Shown here: positions 48,728 to 58,818 of the stretch, one piece after another
How positions within the stretch are numbered: position 1 is the first letter of the stretch
How the letters are laid out: each line of letters opens with the position of its first letter
DNA from: an uncultured Sphingobium sp.
GTDB lineage: Bacteria > Pseudomonadota > Alphaproteobacteria > Sphingomonadales > Sphingomonadaceae
Direction: 5' to 3'
Length of the DNA stretch: 64,000 nucleotides
Assembly (NCBI GenBank): GCA_964532255.1
Contig: CAZHGR010000002.1
Coordinates: 6,374 to 70,373 of the forward strand
The notes under the pieces: generated by a model
What the model was told of the DNA's origin: nothing
Database searches by the model: none
The model's input: the letters and a program-made list of their open reading frames with translations, nothing else
Position numbers and translations under genes: made by a program

Positions 48728-49464
48728 TGCTCCGGCAGGCAGCACTGTGGCTGTGCCTGCCGGCGCTGCTCGGCGCATGCAATTTCGTCGAGCCCGCCAA
48801 TGAGGACGGCCGCCCGGATAGCGCGCGCGACTTTCCGCGCGCCGACCGCCCCGTCGCACCGATCATCTCCACCCGCTGGGCCAATGAGGAGAGCCGTGAC
48901 CGGCTGAACGAGGCGGAGACCATCATGGACATCGCGCAGGTGCGCGAAGGCATGACGGTCGCCGACATCGGTGCCGGCGAGGGCTATTACACCGTCCGCC
49001 TGGCAAAGCGCGTCGGCCCCCACGGCCGCGTTCTGGCCGAGGACATCATGCCGGAGATCATCGACGCGCTCGCCCGGCGCGTGACGCGCGAGAACTGGGA
49101 GAATGTCAGCGTCAAGCTCGGCACGCCCGACGACCCCCGCCTGCCGCCGGGCAGTTTCGACCGCATCTTCCTGGTGCACATGTATCATGAGATCAGCGAG
49201 CCCTATGCCTTCCTCTGGCGGCTGTACCCGGCGCTGAAGACGGGCGGCGAGATCATCGTGGTCGATGCCGACCGGCTGACCCAGAACCACGGCACGCCGC
49301 CTGCCCAGCTCGAATGTGAGTTCGAGGCAATCGGATTTCGTCAGATCGACCAGCGCGACATGCCCTCTGCGGGAGGATATATGGCGCGTTTCACCCAGGG
49401 AGCCGCCCGCGTCGATCCGGGCAGCATCCAACCCTGCGTGGTGAACGTCACCGACGATCAATAG
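48727..49464 (+). CDS. Class I SAM-dependent methyltransferase, probable lipoprotein
   Basis: VADIGAGEGYY, FDRIFLVHMYHE; lipobox LLGA/C. Confidence 0.82.
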   Translation: MLRQAALWLCLPALLGACNFVEPANEDGRPDSARDFPRADRPVAPIISTRWANEESRDRLNEAETIMDIAQVREGMTVADIGAGEGYYTVRLAKRVGPHGRVLAEDIMPEIIDALARRVTRENWENVSVKLGTPDDPRLPPGSFDRIFLVHMYHEISEPYAFLWRLYPALKTGGEIIVVDADRLTQNHGTPPAQLECEFEAIGFRQIDQRDMPSAGGYMARFTQGAARVDPGSIQPCVVNVTDDQ

Positions 49465-49519
49465 GCCCCCGAGGCCGTGCTTAGCGGCTTCATAATCATT
49501 GCACGCTATGGGCTGCACC

Positions 49520-50644
49520 ATGATCGAGGCCCTCGCGCATGACTGGCACGCCGCCCGCGACTCCGCCGGAGGACGGGATCTGACAAGCGCCGACTGCGCC
49601 GAACCCAATCCCTTCTACGACCGCCCGGTGCTCGATGCCGCCCTGGCGCATCTTGCCGGCACCGCAGCAGTGCGGGTGATCGAGGCGGCGGACAGCGAAG
49701 GCCGGATCATCGCCCGGCTGCCGGTCGAGCGCCGTTGGCTGCACGGCCGCATTCCGGTCCCGCACCTCGCTGCCTGGAGCCATGTCCACTGCTATTATGG
49801 CGCACCGATGTTGCGCGCGGGCCAGGAGCAGGAAGGCTGGGCCGCGCTCCTCGACCGCTTCGACGCGGACCGGGGCTCGGGCGACTTCCTGCACCTCGGC
49901 CGCATCGATCCCGACGGCCCGGCCGCGCGCGCACTGCTGACGCTGTGCGCCGAGCAGCGCCGCCCGGTTGTCGAGGTCGGCCGCTATGAACGCGCGCTTC
50001 TGAAAAGCACCATGTCGGCCGAGGATTACTGGACCCAGGCGGTGCGGCCGAAAAAGCGCAAGGAACTGCGCCGCCAGCAGAACCGCCTTGCCGAACAGGG
50101 GCCGATCAGCAACCGCACGCTCGCCGATCCTGCCGATCTGCCCGAATGGTGCGCCGCGTTCGTCACGCTGGAGGGCAAGGGGTGGAAGGGTGACGAGGGC
50201 ACCGCGCTCGGCTCCGACCCGGCGCATGAGCGGTTCTTTCATGCAGCATGTACCGCTGCGTTCGCGGCGGGCCAGCTCGACATGCTGCGCATCGACTGCG
50301 GCCATGTGCCCGTTGCGATGCTGGTCAACTTCGTCGCGCCCGGCGGCGGCTATTCGTTCAAGATCGGCATCGATCCCGACTTCGGACGCTATTCGCCCGG
50401 AGTCCTTATCGAGATCGACAATCTGCGCCGCGTTCTGGACGACGGCATCGTGCCGTGGATGGATAGCTGCGCGGCACCCGGACATCCGATGATCGACAGT
50501 CTTTGGACCGAGCGGCGGACAATCGTCCAGTATCGCGTCGCGCTCCGTCACGGCGGACTGCGCGCGGTGCGGGGCGCCGCCACCCGATTCGCCATCACGC
50601 GCGCCGAAGGCCTGGCGCGCCGCTTGAAAGGACAGCAGGCATGA
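49520..50644 (+). CDS. GNAT family (CelD/BcsL-like) acyltransferase; start uncertain
   Basis: EPNPFY, KKRKELRRQ..RL, LE..GWKG..GTAL, FKIG.DP.F..YSPGVL. Confidence 0.72.
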   Translation: MIEALAHDWHAARDSAGGRDLTSADCAEPNPFYDRPVLDAALAHLAGTAAVRVIEAADSEGRIIARLPVERRWLHGRIPVPHLAAWSHVHCYYGAPMLRAGQEQEGWAALLDRFDADRGSGDFLHLGRIDPDGPAARALLTLCAEQRRPVVEVGRYERALLKSTMSAEDYWTQAVRPKKRKELRRQQNRLAEQGPISNRTLADPADLPEWCAAFVTLEGKGWKGDEGTALGSDPAHERFFHAACTAAFAAGQLDMLRIDCGHVPVAMLVNFVAPGGGYSFKIGIDPDFGRYSPGVLIEIDNLRRVLDDGIVPWMDSCAAPGHPMIDSLWTERRTIVQYRVALRHGGLRAVRGAATRFAITRAEGLARRLKGQQA

Positions 50645-51504
50645 CGACCCCGCCCGCCTTTCCGCAGGAGGCCATCGACGCGTTCGCGGCGGCCTATCCC
50701 GACCGGCACGCGCCGCTGACTCACAATCTCGTCGGCCATCCCTTGCTCACCCACGCGGCCCTCGCGGCGCTGGCCGAACGGCTGCCGGCCGACCGGATCG
50801 AATATAATCCGGGTGCGCTGCCGCTCGGCGTGACGCCCGAAGATACGCCGCGCAGCGCGCTGTCCATCGCGGAGACGATCCGCACGATTGGCGAAAACGG
50901 GTCGTGGATGGTGCTCAAAAATGTCGAGCGCGACGCGGCCTATGGCGCGCTTCTCGACGAAGCGCTGGCGCCATTGCGCGCCATCGTCGAGCCGCGCACC
51001 GGCCCCATGGCGCATCGCGAGGCCTTCCTCTTCCTCACCTCGCCCGGCGGCGTCACACCGTTCCACATGGACCCGGAGCATAACATCCTGCTCCAGATCC
51101 AGGGCAGCAAGACGATGACGGTGTTCCCAACCAACGATCCCGAGCTGGTGCCGCCCCGGCAAAGCGAGGCGTTCGCCACCGGCGGTCACCGCAACCTGAC
51201 ATGGGACGACCGCTTCATTGCCAAGGCGACGCATGTTCCGCTCGATCCGGGCGACGCGGTCCTGATGCCCGTAAAGGCCCCGCATTTCGTCCGCAACGGC
51301 GACGGCGTATCGATCAGCTTCTCGATTACCTGGCGCTCGGAGCGAAGTGTTGCGGAGAGCGAGCTTCACAGCTTCAACGGCCTGCTGCGCCGCCGCGGGC
51401 TGCCGCTGATCACGGTCGGCGCGCGGCCGGAGCGCCAGCGGCTCGCGCGGCTGGGCTATCGCGTCATGCGCAAGCTCGCCCCCGAAGCCCGGCCCGGCGG
51501 CTGA
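50641..51504 (+). CDS. JmjC/cupin-like Fe(II)-2OG oxygenase
   Basis: TPFHMDPEHNILLQIQGSK (HxD), LDPGDAVLMP..PHFVRN..SISFS. Confidence 0.78.
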   Translation: MTTPPAFPQEAIDAFAAAYPDRHAPLTHNLVGHPLLTHAALAALAERLPADRIEYNPGALPLGVTPEDTPRSALSIAETIRTIGENGSWMVLKNVERDAAYGALLDEALAPLRAIVEPRTGPMAHREAFLFLTSPGGVTPFHMDPEHNILLQIQGSKTMTVFPTNDPELVPPRQSEAFATGGHRNLTWDDRFIAKATHVPLDPGDAVLMPVKAPHFVRNGDGVSISFSITWRSERSVAESELHSFNGLLRRRGLPLITVGARPERQRLARLGYRVMRKLAPEARPGG

Positions 51505-51507
51505 GGA

Positions 51508-52260
51508 TCAGGAAGCCTTCGCCAGTCCCGCCAGATCGACCGGCGTCGCGACGGGTTCCGCACGGTCCTTACGCTCCGAGTAGCGATCGGTCAGTTGCGC
51601 CGCATGCGGGCGGAGCAGCACCGTGAAGCGGACCAGCTCCTCCATGACATCGACGATGCGGTCATAATAGGCCGACGGCAGCATGCGGCCGGCCTCGTCG
51701 AACTCCTGATAGGCCTTGGCGACGCTCGACTGGTTGGGAATGGTGAACATCCTCATCCAGCGCCCCAGCAGCCGCAATGTGTTCACGCTGTTGAACGATT
51801 GCGACCCCGCCGACACCTGCATGACCGCGAGCGTTCTCCCCTGCGTCGGACGCACCCCTTTCAGCGCCAGCGGCAGATGGTCGATCTGCGCCTTCATGAT
51901 GCCGGTGATCTGGCCATGCCTTTCCGGGCTGCACCAGACCTGCGCCTCCGACCAAATCGAATGGGCGCGCAGTTCATGGACAGCCGGGTGATCGTCGCCC
52001 ACCACCTGGTCGGGAAGCGGCAGGTCGGAGGGATCGAAGATCCGCGTCTCGCAGCCGAAGAGCCGGAGCAGGCGAGCGCTCTCCTCCACCACCAGCCGCG
52101 AGTAGGAGCGTTCGCGAAGCGAGCCGTAGAGCAGCAATATGCGCGGCGGCGGTGAGTCAGGAGCCAGCCCCAGCGCGGGGCGGGCGTGCAGATAGTCAGG
52201 GCTCAGCGCGGGGAAATGATCCGCGTCGCTGAGCGTCCTGAGACGCGATCCGTCGGTCAA
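51508..52260 (-). CDS. arsH: Arsenical resistance protein ArsH (NADPH-FMN oxidoreductase)
   Basis: [56 protein letters not shown]; TTG start after GGAG. Confidence 0.93.
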   Translation of the reverse strand: MTDGSRLRTLSDADHFPALSPDYLHARPALGLAPDSPPPRILLLYGSLRERSYSRLVVEESARLLRLFGCETRIFDPSDLPLPDQVVGDDHPAVHELRAHSIWSEAQVWCSPERHGQITGIMKAQIDHLPLALKGVRPTQGRTLAVMQVSAGSQSFNSVNTLRLLGRWMRMFTIPNQSSVAKAYQEFDEAGRMLPSAYYDRIVDVMEELVRFTVLLRPHAAQLTDRYSERKDRAEPVATPVDLAGLAKAS

Positions 52261-52285
52261 AACTGCGGTACTCCGGATGGGTGAC

Positions 52286-52813
52286 TCAGGCGCTTTCGTC
52301 CGCGTTGGCGGGGAGCGTGGCACCTTCGATACGCCCGATCTGCGCCAGTTCGCGCTTGAGCGCCAGCGATTCCAGCGCGGTGATCGGCAGATGCAGCATC
52401 AGTTCGATGCGGCGGCGGAGATATTTCACCGTGTCGAGGAACGCCTGGTGCTGCCCCTCGCCTTCCACCGCTGCCGGATCGGGGATTCCCCAGTGCGCGG
52501 TGAGCGGCTGGCCGGGCCACACCGGGCACATCTCGCCCGCCGCATTGTCGCACACGGTGATGATGAAGTCGAACACGGGCGCGTCGGGAAGGACGAACTC
52601 GTCCCAGCTCTTCGACCTCAGCTCGGCGGTTTCGAAACCCAGGCCCCCCAGCACGGTCAGCGCGCCGGGATGCACCGCACCCTTCGGATGGCTGCCCGCG
52701 CTCCAGGCGCGGAAGCGCCCGGCACCATCATTGTTCAACAGCACTTCCGCGATGATCGAGCGGGCGCTGTTGCCCGTGCACAGGAACAGCACATTGTAGA
52801 TCTTGTCCGACAT
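52286..52813 (-). CDS. arsC: Arsenate reductase, LMW-PTP type
   Basis: [48 protein letters not shown]. Confidence 0.9.
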   Translation of the reverse strand: MSDKIYNVLFLCTGNSARSIIAEVLLNNDGAGRFRAWSAGSHPKGAVHPGALTVLGGLGFETAELRSKSWDEFVLPDAPVFDFIITVCDNAAGEMCPVWPGQPLTAHWGIPDPAAVEGEGQHQAFLDTVKYLRRRIELMLHLPITALESLALKRELAQIGRIEGATLPANADESA

Positions 52814-52830
52814 CGATCAGCCCCCCAATG

Positions 52831-52856
52831 ATTCGATAGTCATGGAAATATCGAAT
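52831..52856. promoter_or_regulatory. Putative ArsR-type operator
   Basis: ATTCGATA-N10-TATCGAAT inverted repeat 18 nt upstream of the arsC start. Confidence 0.6.
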
Positions 52857-52888
52857 GATGAAGACGAGGGCAAGGGTTTCGGTCGGGG

Positions 52889-53950
52889 TCAGCCCCGGCG
52901 GAGCAGGCGACGCGCGACATGCTCCGCTTCCAGCGCCGGGCTGAACCGCTCGACCGACCACCATTCGAGCTCCTCCTGCCCTGTGGCGAGAGACTGCTTG
53001 TAACGGTCCTTGCCGGCGAGCAGCGAATAGATGTCGAGGCCCTCCTGCGCATAACATCGGACAGCGGCGGCATGGGCCATCAGGCCGGGCTTGGCCTTGG
53101 CTGAGGCGGGAGGCGCGAACGCCGACTGATAGTTCATCGCCCTGCCCCGCCAGCGGAAGTTCAGCAGATAGCCCAACAGCGCCTCGCCCGCCGCGATCCG
53201 CAAAAGGTCGACCGTGCCGTCAGCCAGTCCCGCACTCACCAGCTCCGCAGCGAACGCACGAAACAGCGGCTCCTCCCAAGCATTGTCGGCATGGCGCCCG
53301 GCGTTGAGCGCCCGCATGTCCGCCAGCCACGTGTTGGCCATCTCCATGTCGGTCGCTCGCGTAATGCTCTCCGATCCAGCGGGATAGTCCTTCGCCGACC
53401 GCCTGATCTGGGACCGGGTGTTCGCTGAAAGCAGCGCCAGATAGTCGCCTTGCTTGGCCCTCACCGCGCCGAGATCGATGCAGTAGGCAGGAGCACGGTC
53501 GATCAGCCGCTTGCGCCGCGCCGACAGGGCCGAAAGCAGCGGATCGTCCGGCGCGACCCCCGACAGGCGGAACAGCCGCCAGTCGCGTTGCCCCGCCAGC
53601 GCGGCGGCAAGCGCGTCCGCAACGGCCGATTCCTGTCCAGCGACGGAGAGCGGCGCATTATACTCAATGAAGGCGCGGTCGGCGGCGGGGTCGGCCGCCT
53701 CGTTGAGGCGAAGGGCGGCGACGCTGCCGAACAAGCGCTTTTCACGCCCGGTCCCCAGCAGCGCCAGCGCGATGTCGTCGCCGTCCGCATCGCGGACGAC
53801 GACGACATCGGGCCGAGCGCTCGTCGCTTTCAGCCAGCTTCCGATCCAGCACCAGCTTTGGAAGAAGGACGCGGTCGCCCGCTCCTCCAGCGCGCGCCAG
53901 CGTGGCTCCAGCGCCGCAAGGCCCGGAAGCGGTTCGAACGTGACGATCAT
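52889..53950 (-). CDS. GNAT family (CelD/BcsL-like) acyltransferase
   Basis: SFFQSW.W..SW, YLALLSANTRSQIRR, YQSAF, KPGL, LAGKDRYKQSL. Confidence 0.72.
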   Translation of the reverse strand: MIVTFEPLPGLAALEPRWRALEERATASFFQSWCWIGSWLKATSARPDVVVVRDADGDDIALALLGTGREKRLFGSVAALRLNEAADPAADRAFIEYNAPLSVAGQESAVADALAAALAGQRDWRLFRLSGVAPDDPLLSALSARRKRLIDRAPAYCIDLGAVRAKQGDYLALLSANTRSQIRRSAKDYPAGSESITRATDMEMANTWLADMRALNAGRHADNAWEEPLFRAFAAELVSAGLADGTVDLLRIAAGEALLGYLLNFRWRGRAMNYQSAFAPPASAKAKPGLMAHAAAVRCYAQEGLDIYSLLAGKDRYKQSLATGQEELEWWSVERFSPALEAEHVARRLLRRG

Positions 53951-53983
53951 GCCGCCGTCATAGCGCGGAGGCGTTAAAGACCC

Positions 53984-56900
53984 TCAAGCAGGCGGGACTC
54001 GCAGATCAAGAGTGAGCGGAAACTCGCTCGGCAGTTCCTCCGGCGGGATCGGCACATCCTGCCCCGGCGTATGGCCATGATCCTGGAACCGCGCGCGGCG
54101 CCGCGCCTCCGCCTCATAGGCGTTGACCGGCACGTCGTCATAGTTGCGCCCGCCCGGATGCGCGACATGATAGACGCATCCGCCCAATGACCGGCCGCTC
54201 CAGCTATCCAGAACGTCAAAGGTCAGCGGCGCGTTGACGGGGGCATAGGGGTGCAGGCAATTGGCCGGGGCCCAGGCCTTGTAGCGGACCCCGCCCACCG
54301 CCTCGCCGGGCGCGCTGGTCGAGGTCATCGGCACGCGGCGACCGTTGCAGGCGATCACATGGCGGCCCGGCACCAGACCGGCGGCGCGGACCTGTACCCG
54401 CTCGGTCGAGCTGTCGACATAGCGCACCGTGCCGCCGATCGCGCCGGTCTCGCCCAGCACATGCCATGGCTCCAGCGCATGCGCGATCTCCAGAGTCACG
54501 CCCCCCGCCTCCACCGTGCCGTGGACGGGGAAGCGGAACTGCCGCTGCGCCTCGAACCATGCCGGATCGAAGGCATAGCCCGCGCGGGCCAGGTCGGTCA
54601 GCACATCCTGGAAATCGGCCCAGACGAAATGCGGTAGCAGGAAGCGGTCGTGCAGGCTGGTGCCCCAGCGCACCAGCCGCCCCTGCTGCGGCTCGCGCCA
54701 GAACCATGCGACCAGCGCGCGGAGCAGCAATTGCTGCGCCACGCTCATCTGCGCGTCAGGCGGCATTTCGAACCCGCGGAACTCGACGAGGCCGAGCCGG
54801 CCTGTGGGGCCGTCGGGCGAGAACAGCTTGTCGATGCAGATCTCTGTCCGGTGCGTGTTTCCGGTCACGTCGACGAGCAGGTTGCGCATCAGCCGGTCGA
54901 GCTTCCACGGCGGGAAGTCATCGACCTCCGGTCCGGGTATCTGCGCGAGCGCGATCTCCAGTTCATACAGGCTGTCATGCCGCGCCTCGTCGATGCGCGG
55001 TGCCTGGCTGGTCGGGCCGATGAACAGGCCCGAGAAGAGATAGCTCAGCGACGGATGCCGCTGCCAGTAAAGCACCAGGCTCTTGAGCAGGTCCGGACGC
55101 CGCAGGAACGGCGAATCGTTCAACGACGGACCCCCGAGCACCAGATGATTGCCCCCGCCCGTGCCGATCGAGCGGCCGTCGACCATGAACTTGTCTGCAG
55201 TCAGGCCACAGTGCCGCGCGTCCTCATAGAGGCCGGTGGTGATCTCCACCGCTTCGCGCCAGCTTGCCGCCGGGTGGATATTGACCTCGATGACGCCGGG
55301 ATCGGGCGTGATCTTCAGGACCTTGAGCCGGGGATCGGGAGGCGGCGGATAGCCCTCGATCCTGACCGGCGTGCGCGATGCTTCCGCCACGCCCTCGATC
55401 TCCGCCACCAGCGCCAGAAAATCGTCGAGGCTTTCGAGCGGCGGAATGAAAACCGACAGATAACCCTCGCGCGGCTCGACGGTCAGCGCGGTGCGGACCG
55501 CCCCTTCGATGATGCGCTGCTCGACCCGTTCCTGGCGGTTGTCGGAGCCGCCGTCGACCCGCTCGCGCCGCTGGTCGGCGCGACGGCTGCGGGCCTCGAT
55601 CGACAGTCCGGCACCCTCCTCCGCCTCCTGCTCGCGCGCCAGCCGCTGCGACCGGAAATCGGCGAGCGGCTCGCGCGGCTCGCTGGTGTCGCGGGGGTGG
55701 ATATAGGGAAAGTCGGACGGCGGCACATAGGGAAGCGAGCCGAGCGGCAGGCGGTAGCCCAGGGCACTGTCGCCCGGCACCGCGAACAATGCGCCCCGCC
55801 GGACGCGCCATTTCTCGCTCTGCCAGCGCGGCGCGTGCACCTTGCTCTGCCAGCGCTGAACGGGGAGGACATAGCCGACGGGCTTGGACAGGCCGCGCTC
55901 GAACGCGCGGACGATGCGCGACCGCTCCTCGGGATCGTCGATCTTGGGGTCGGTGGGGGACACATTCGCGGGAAGCTCCGCCTCCCTCGCCGCCCAGCCG
56001 AGCTGATCCTCGAACACCGGCGCGACATTGTCGGTCTCCACGCCCAGCGCCTCTGCCGTTGCCGTCAGGAAATCCCGCGCGACGGCGTCCTCGATCACCG
56101 GGGCGGGCGTCTCAACCACCTGTGTCGCGCCCGCAATCAGGCTGGGGTCACGCCATACGGGAACGCCGTCGGCGCGCCAGTAGAGCGAATAGCCCCAGCG
56201 CGGCAGGCTTTCGCCGGGATACCATTTGCCCTGTCCGTGATGCAGCAGCGCACCCGGCGCGAAGCGATCGCCCAGGCGACGGATCAGCCGGTCGGCATAG
56301 CCCGCCTTGGTCGGGCCGACCGCATCGCCGTTCCATTCGGGTGCCTCCGGATCGGCTTCTGCAACGAAGGTGGGCTCGCCGCCGGTGGTCAGCCGGACAT
56401 CGGCGGCGAGCAGATCGGCTTCCACCTTGTCACCCAGCGTCAGCAGCGCGTCCCATCGCGCGTCGGTAAACGGCTTGGTGATCCGGACCGCCTCGGCGAT
56501 CCGGCTGACCGACATGGCGAAATCGAAGCGCACCTCGGCCGGGTCGGCAACGCCCGAGATCGGCGCGGCGGAGCGATAATGTGGCGTGGCGGCGAGCGGG
56601 ATATGCCCCTCCCCGGCGAACATGCCCGATGTCGCATCGAGCGCGATCCACCCCGCTCCGGGCACATAGGCCTCGGCCCAGGCATGGAGGTCGACCACAT
56701 CCTGGCTCACCCCCTTCGGCCCGTCGACCGGCTCGACATCGGCGACGAGCTGGATCGAATAGCCCGACACGAAGCGCGCAGCGAAGCCTAGGCGACGCAG
56801 CAACTGCACCAGCAACCACGCCGAATCCCGGCACGATCCGGTGCCGATCTCCAGCGTCTCCTCGGGCGTCTGCACCCCCGATTCCATGCGGATGACATAA

Positions 56901-57367
56901 CCGATCCGCTGCTGGAGCCGCGCATTGATGTCGACCAGAAAGTCGACCGTCCGTCCCCGGTACGGCGCATGTTCGGCGACCAGCGCCTCGAACAGCGGCC
57001 CCTGCGGCTCGATATCGCGATAGGCGGCTAGATCGACCGCAAGATCGGGGTCGTAGGCGAAGGGATAGTCCTCCGCATATGGCTCGACGAAGAAGTCGAA
57101 GGGGTTGATGACGACCATGTCGGCCAGGAGATCGACCTCGATCACCAGCCGATCGACCGGCTCCGGAAAGACCACGCGCGCCAGCCAGTTGCCGTGCGGG
57201 TCCTGCTGCCAGTTGAGGAAATGCCCCTCCGGCTCGATCCGCAGCGCGTAATTGGGAATCTTCGTGCGGCTGTGCGGTGCCGGGCGGAGCCGGATGACCT
57301 GGGGACCGAGACGAACCGGCCGGTCATAGTGATAGGCGGTCTTGTGATGGAGGGCGGCCGTTATCAT
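53984..57367 (-). CDS. Transglutaminase-like + DUF2126 (putative amidoligase) fusion protein
   Basis: N-terminal [15 protein letters not shown] core [28 protein letters not shown], then [40 protein letters not shown]. Confidence 0.85.
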   Translation of the reverse strand: MITAALHHKTAYHYDRPVRLGPQVIRLRPAPHSRTKIPNYALRIEPEGHFLNWQQDPHGNWLARVVFPEPVDRLVIEVDLLADMVVINPFDFFVEPYAEDYPFAYDPDLAVDLAAYRDIEPQGPLFEALVAEHAPYRGRTVDFLVDINARLQQRIGYVIRMESGVQTPEETLEIGTGSCRDSAWLLVQLLRRLGFAARFVSGYSIQLVADVEPVDGPKGVSQDVVDLHAWAEAYVPGAGWIALDATSGMFAGEGHIPLAATPHYRSAAPISGVADPAEVRFDFAMSVSRIAEAVRITKPFTDARWDALLTLGDKVEADLLAADVRLTTGGEPTFVAEADPEAPEWNGDAVGPTKAGYADRLIRRLGDRFAPGALLHHGQGKWYPGESLPRWGYSLYWRADGVPVWRDPSLIAGATQVVETPAPVIEDAVARDFLTATAEALGVETDNVAPVFEDQLGWAAREAELPANVSPTDPKIDDPEERSRIVRAFERGLSKPVGYVLPVQRWQSKVHAPRWQSEKWRVRRGALFAVPGDSALGYRLPLGSLPYVPPSDFPYIHPRDTSEPREPLADFRSQRLAREQEAEEGAGLSIEARSRRADQRRERVDGGSDNRQERVEQRIIEGAVRTALTVEPREGYLSVFIPPLESLDDFLALVAEIEGVAEASRTPVRIEGYPPPPDPRLKVLKITPDPGVIEVNIHPAASWREAVEITTGLYEDARHCGLTADKFMVDGRSIGTGGGNHLVLGGPSLNDSPFLRRPDLLKSLVLYWQRHPSLSYLFSGLFIGPTSQAPRIDEARHDSLYELEIALAQIPGPEVDDFPPWKLDRLMRNLLVDVTGNTHRTEICIDKLFSPDGPTGRLGLVEFRGFEMPPDAQMSVAQQLLLRALVAWFWREPQQGRLVRWGTSLHDRFLLPHFVWADFQDVLTDLARAGYAFDPAWFEAQRQFRFPVHGTVEAGGVTLEIAHALEPWHVLGETGAIGGTVRYVDSSTERVQVRAAGLVPGRHVIACNGRRVPMTSTSAPGEAVGGVRYKAWAPANCLHPYAPVNAPLTFDVLDSWSGRSLGGCVYHVAHPGGRNYDDVPVNAYEAEARRRARFQDHGHTPGQDVPIPPEELPSEFPLTLDLRVPPA

Positions 57368-57464
57368 GGCGTCATGAAACGCCTTCCCTTGCTGCAACGC
57401 AACAGGAAAGTGGTCCGAGCCCATATGAACCACGGCCAAACGGCCTGAACCGAGGAAGCCGGAC

Positions 57465-58127
57465 CTATCCGACCCGACGGCCGGTCCATACCACCCTGCC
57501 GACGATCTCGACATGCGCGGGATCGATATCCTCCCAGTCGGGATAGGCCGGATTGTCGCTTCGCACCGAAAAGCGGTCGCGGCGCAGCGTCATCGCCACG
57601 CGCTTAACCATCAAAGCATCGTCGAGACGCAGCACATAGATGCCGTCGCGCAACCGGTCGGCCCCGTCATTGCGGTCGACCATGATGTCGTCCCCGTGGC
57701 CGAGCGTCGGCGCCATCGATTCGCCGTCCACCCGGATGATCGACAGATTTTCGGGCCGCGCGCCCAGATGACGCCGCAGCCAGCGCGGATCGAAGGCGAA
57801 CGCACCGGCCGCCGCTTCGTCGGCATCGAGCGTTCCCGCGCCCGCCGACGCGCCGAGCGAGAGCCGGGGAATGACCGCCAGCGCCGCAGCGCCCGATTGC
57901 TCCGAATAGGATTCTTCCTCGGGAGCCCCCAGCATGCGCTCGTCCACGCCGAAATAGCGGGCGAGCGTCCGCCGATCCTCCTCATCCAGCTTACGGGGGG
58001 TGCCGCGCTTCACATATTGCTGGATATACGCCGTGTTCCTGCCGATCAGGCGCGAAAGGGCACCATAATTCTCGCCGCGATCGCGGATCAGCCGTTCGAG
58101 CACAGCGCGCGCGTCAGTCTCGTCCAT
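57465..58127 (-). CDS. LexA/CI-like repressor with S24 autopeptidase domain
   Basis: N-terminal HTH-like ([15 protein letters not shown]), Ala-Gly site ASAGAG, catalytic Ser GESMAP, catalytic Lys MVKRV, IVGRVVW. Confidence 0.85.
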   Translation of the reverse strand: MDETDARAVLERLIRDRGENYGALSRLIGRNTAYIQQYVKRGTPRKLDEEDRRTLARYFGVDERMLGAPEEESYSEQSGAAALAVIPRLSLGASAGAGTLDADEAAAGAFAFDPRWLRRHLGARPENLSIIRVDGESMAPTLGHGDDIMVDRNDGADRLRDGIYVLRLDDALMVKRVAMTLRRDRFSVRSDNPAYPDWEDIDPAHVEIVGRVVWTGRRVG

Positions 58128-58176
58128 AGCCGATCCTTAGCAGAGGAAATTTCCTAGACAAGTAGGATTTGGAATA

Positions 58177-58191
58177 GAACATATAGGGAAC
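58177..58191. promoter_or_regulatory. Alphaproteobacterial LexA (SOS) box
   Basis: GAAC-ATATAGG-GAAC is an exact GAAC-N7-GAAC match in the divergent promoter region. Confidence 0.7.
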
Positions 58192-58223
58192 ATCCTATCG
58201 AGTCGAGGAAAGGAAGGTTCCCC

Positions 58224-58406
58224 ATGCTGCGTTCCGTCGAGATGTTCCTGAAGGAGACCGGAATGGCCCCCACCCGCTTCGGCCGCGATTCGGTCCGCGA
58301 TCCGCGGATCGTGTTCGACATGCGCAACGGCCGCGAGCCGGGCAGCCGCATGCGCCGGCGGCTGGAGCATTTCATGGCCGGCTATCGCGGGCGCGGCGAC
58401 GCATGA
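58224..58406 (+). CDS. Small Cro-like HTH protein
   Basis: 60 aa, FLKETGMAPTRFGRDSVRDPRIVFDMRNGREP; RBS AGGAAGG; divergent from the repressor. Confidence 0.65.
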   Translation: MLRSVEMFLKETGMAPTRFGRDSVRDPRIVFDMRNGREPGSRMRRRLEHFMAGYRGRGDA

Positions 58407-58804
58407 GCGTGCTGAGCATCATCCCGCCGGGCCGGCGCCTGAAAATCCTGCGCCGTCCGCCCGAATCGATCCTGCCCAGCACCCCCCGCCCCGCCCGCCG
58501 CGACTGTCACGGCCGGCTACTGGCGGCGCTGACTGCGCTGGCGGGAGAGGATGCCGCGATCGCCGACAGCGGCCTTCGCCCCTGGCACAGCGCGACCTTC
58601 GTCGGATCGCGTCATGACGTGATTCTATGGATCGGCGGAGAGGATACCGCCACAAGGGCAGATCGACTGGCCGCTGTGCTGCCGGAAACCGAGTTCAGAC
58701 TGCCCGGCCACATCGTCGTCGAAATAAAGGTTCAGCCGGTCGCGAGCGCCCCGGGCGAGGGTGCCCGTCTGCGGCTGGAGATACTGACGATCGAGGCGTG
58801 GTAA
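58403..58804 (+). CDS. Hypothetical protein
   Basis: ATGA-coupled to the Cro-like gene; RPWHSATFVGSRH and EFRLPGHIVVEI motifs. Confidence 0.6.
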   Translation: MSVLSIIPPGRRLKILRRPPESILPSTPRPARRDCHGRLLAALTALAGEDAAIADSGLRPWHSATFVGSRHDVILWIGGEDTATRADRLAAVLPETEFRLPGHIVVEIKVQPVASAPGEGARLRLEILTIEAW

Positions 58805-58818
58805 CCGACGATCACGCG

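Noticed and set aside
36745-52813. Functional link of ppx and arsC/arsH to the phosphate island
   Set aside because: ppx-rlmE is ordinary core synteny, the ars genes are over 15 kb from the island, and no shared regulatory motif was seen.
54650-56791. 713-aa plus-strand ORF (and the similar 42052-44220 and 44956-46929 ORFs)
   Set aside because: Antisense shadows of the transglutaminase, rne and mrcA genes.
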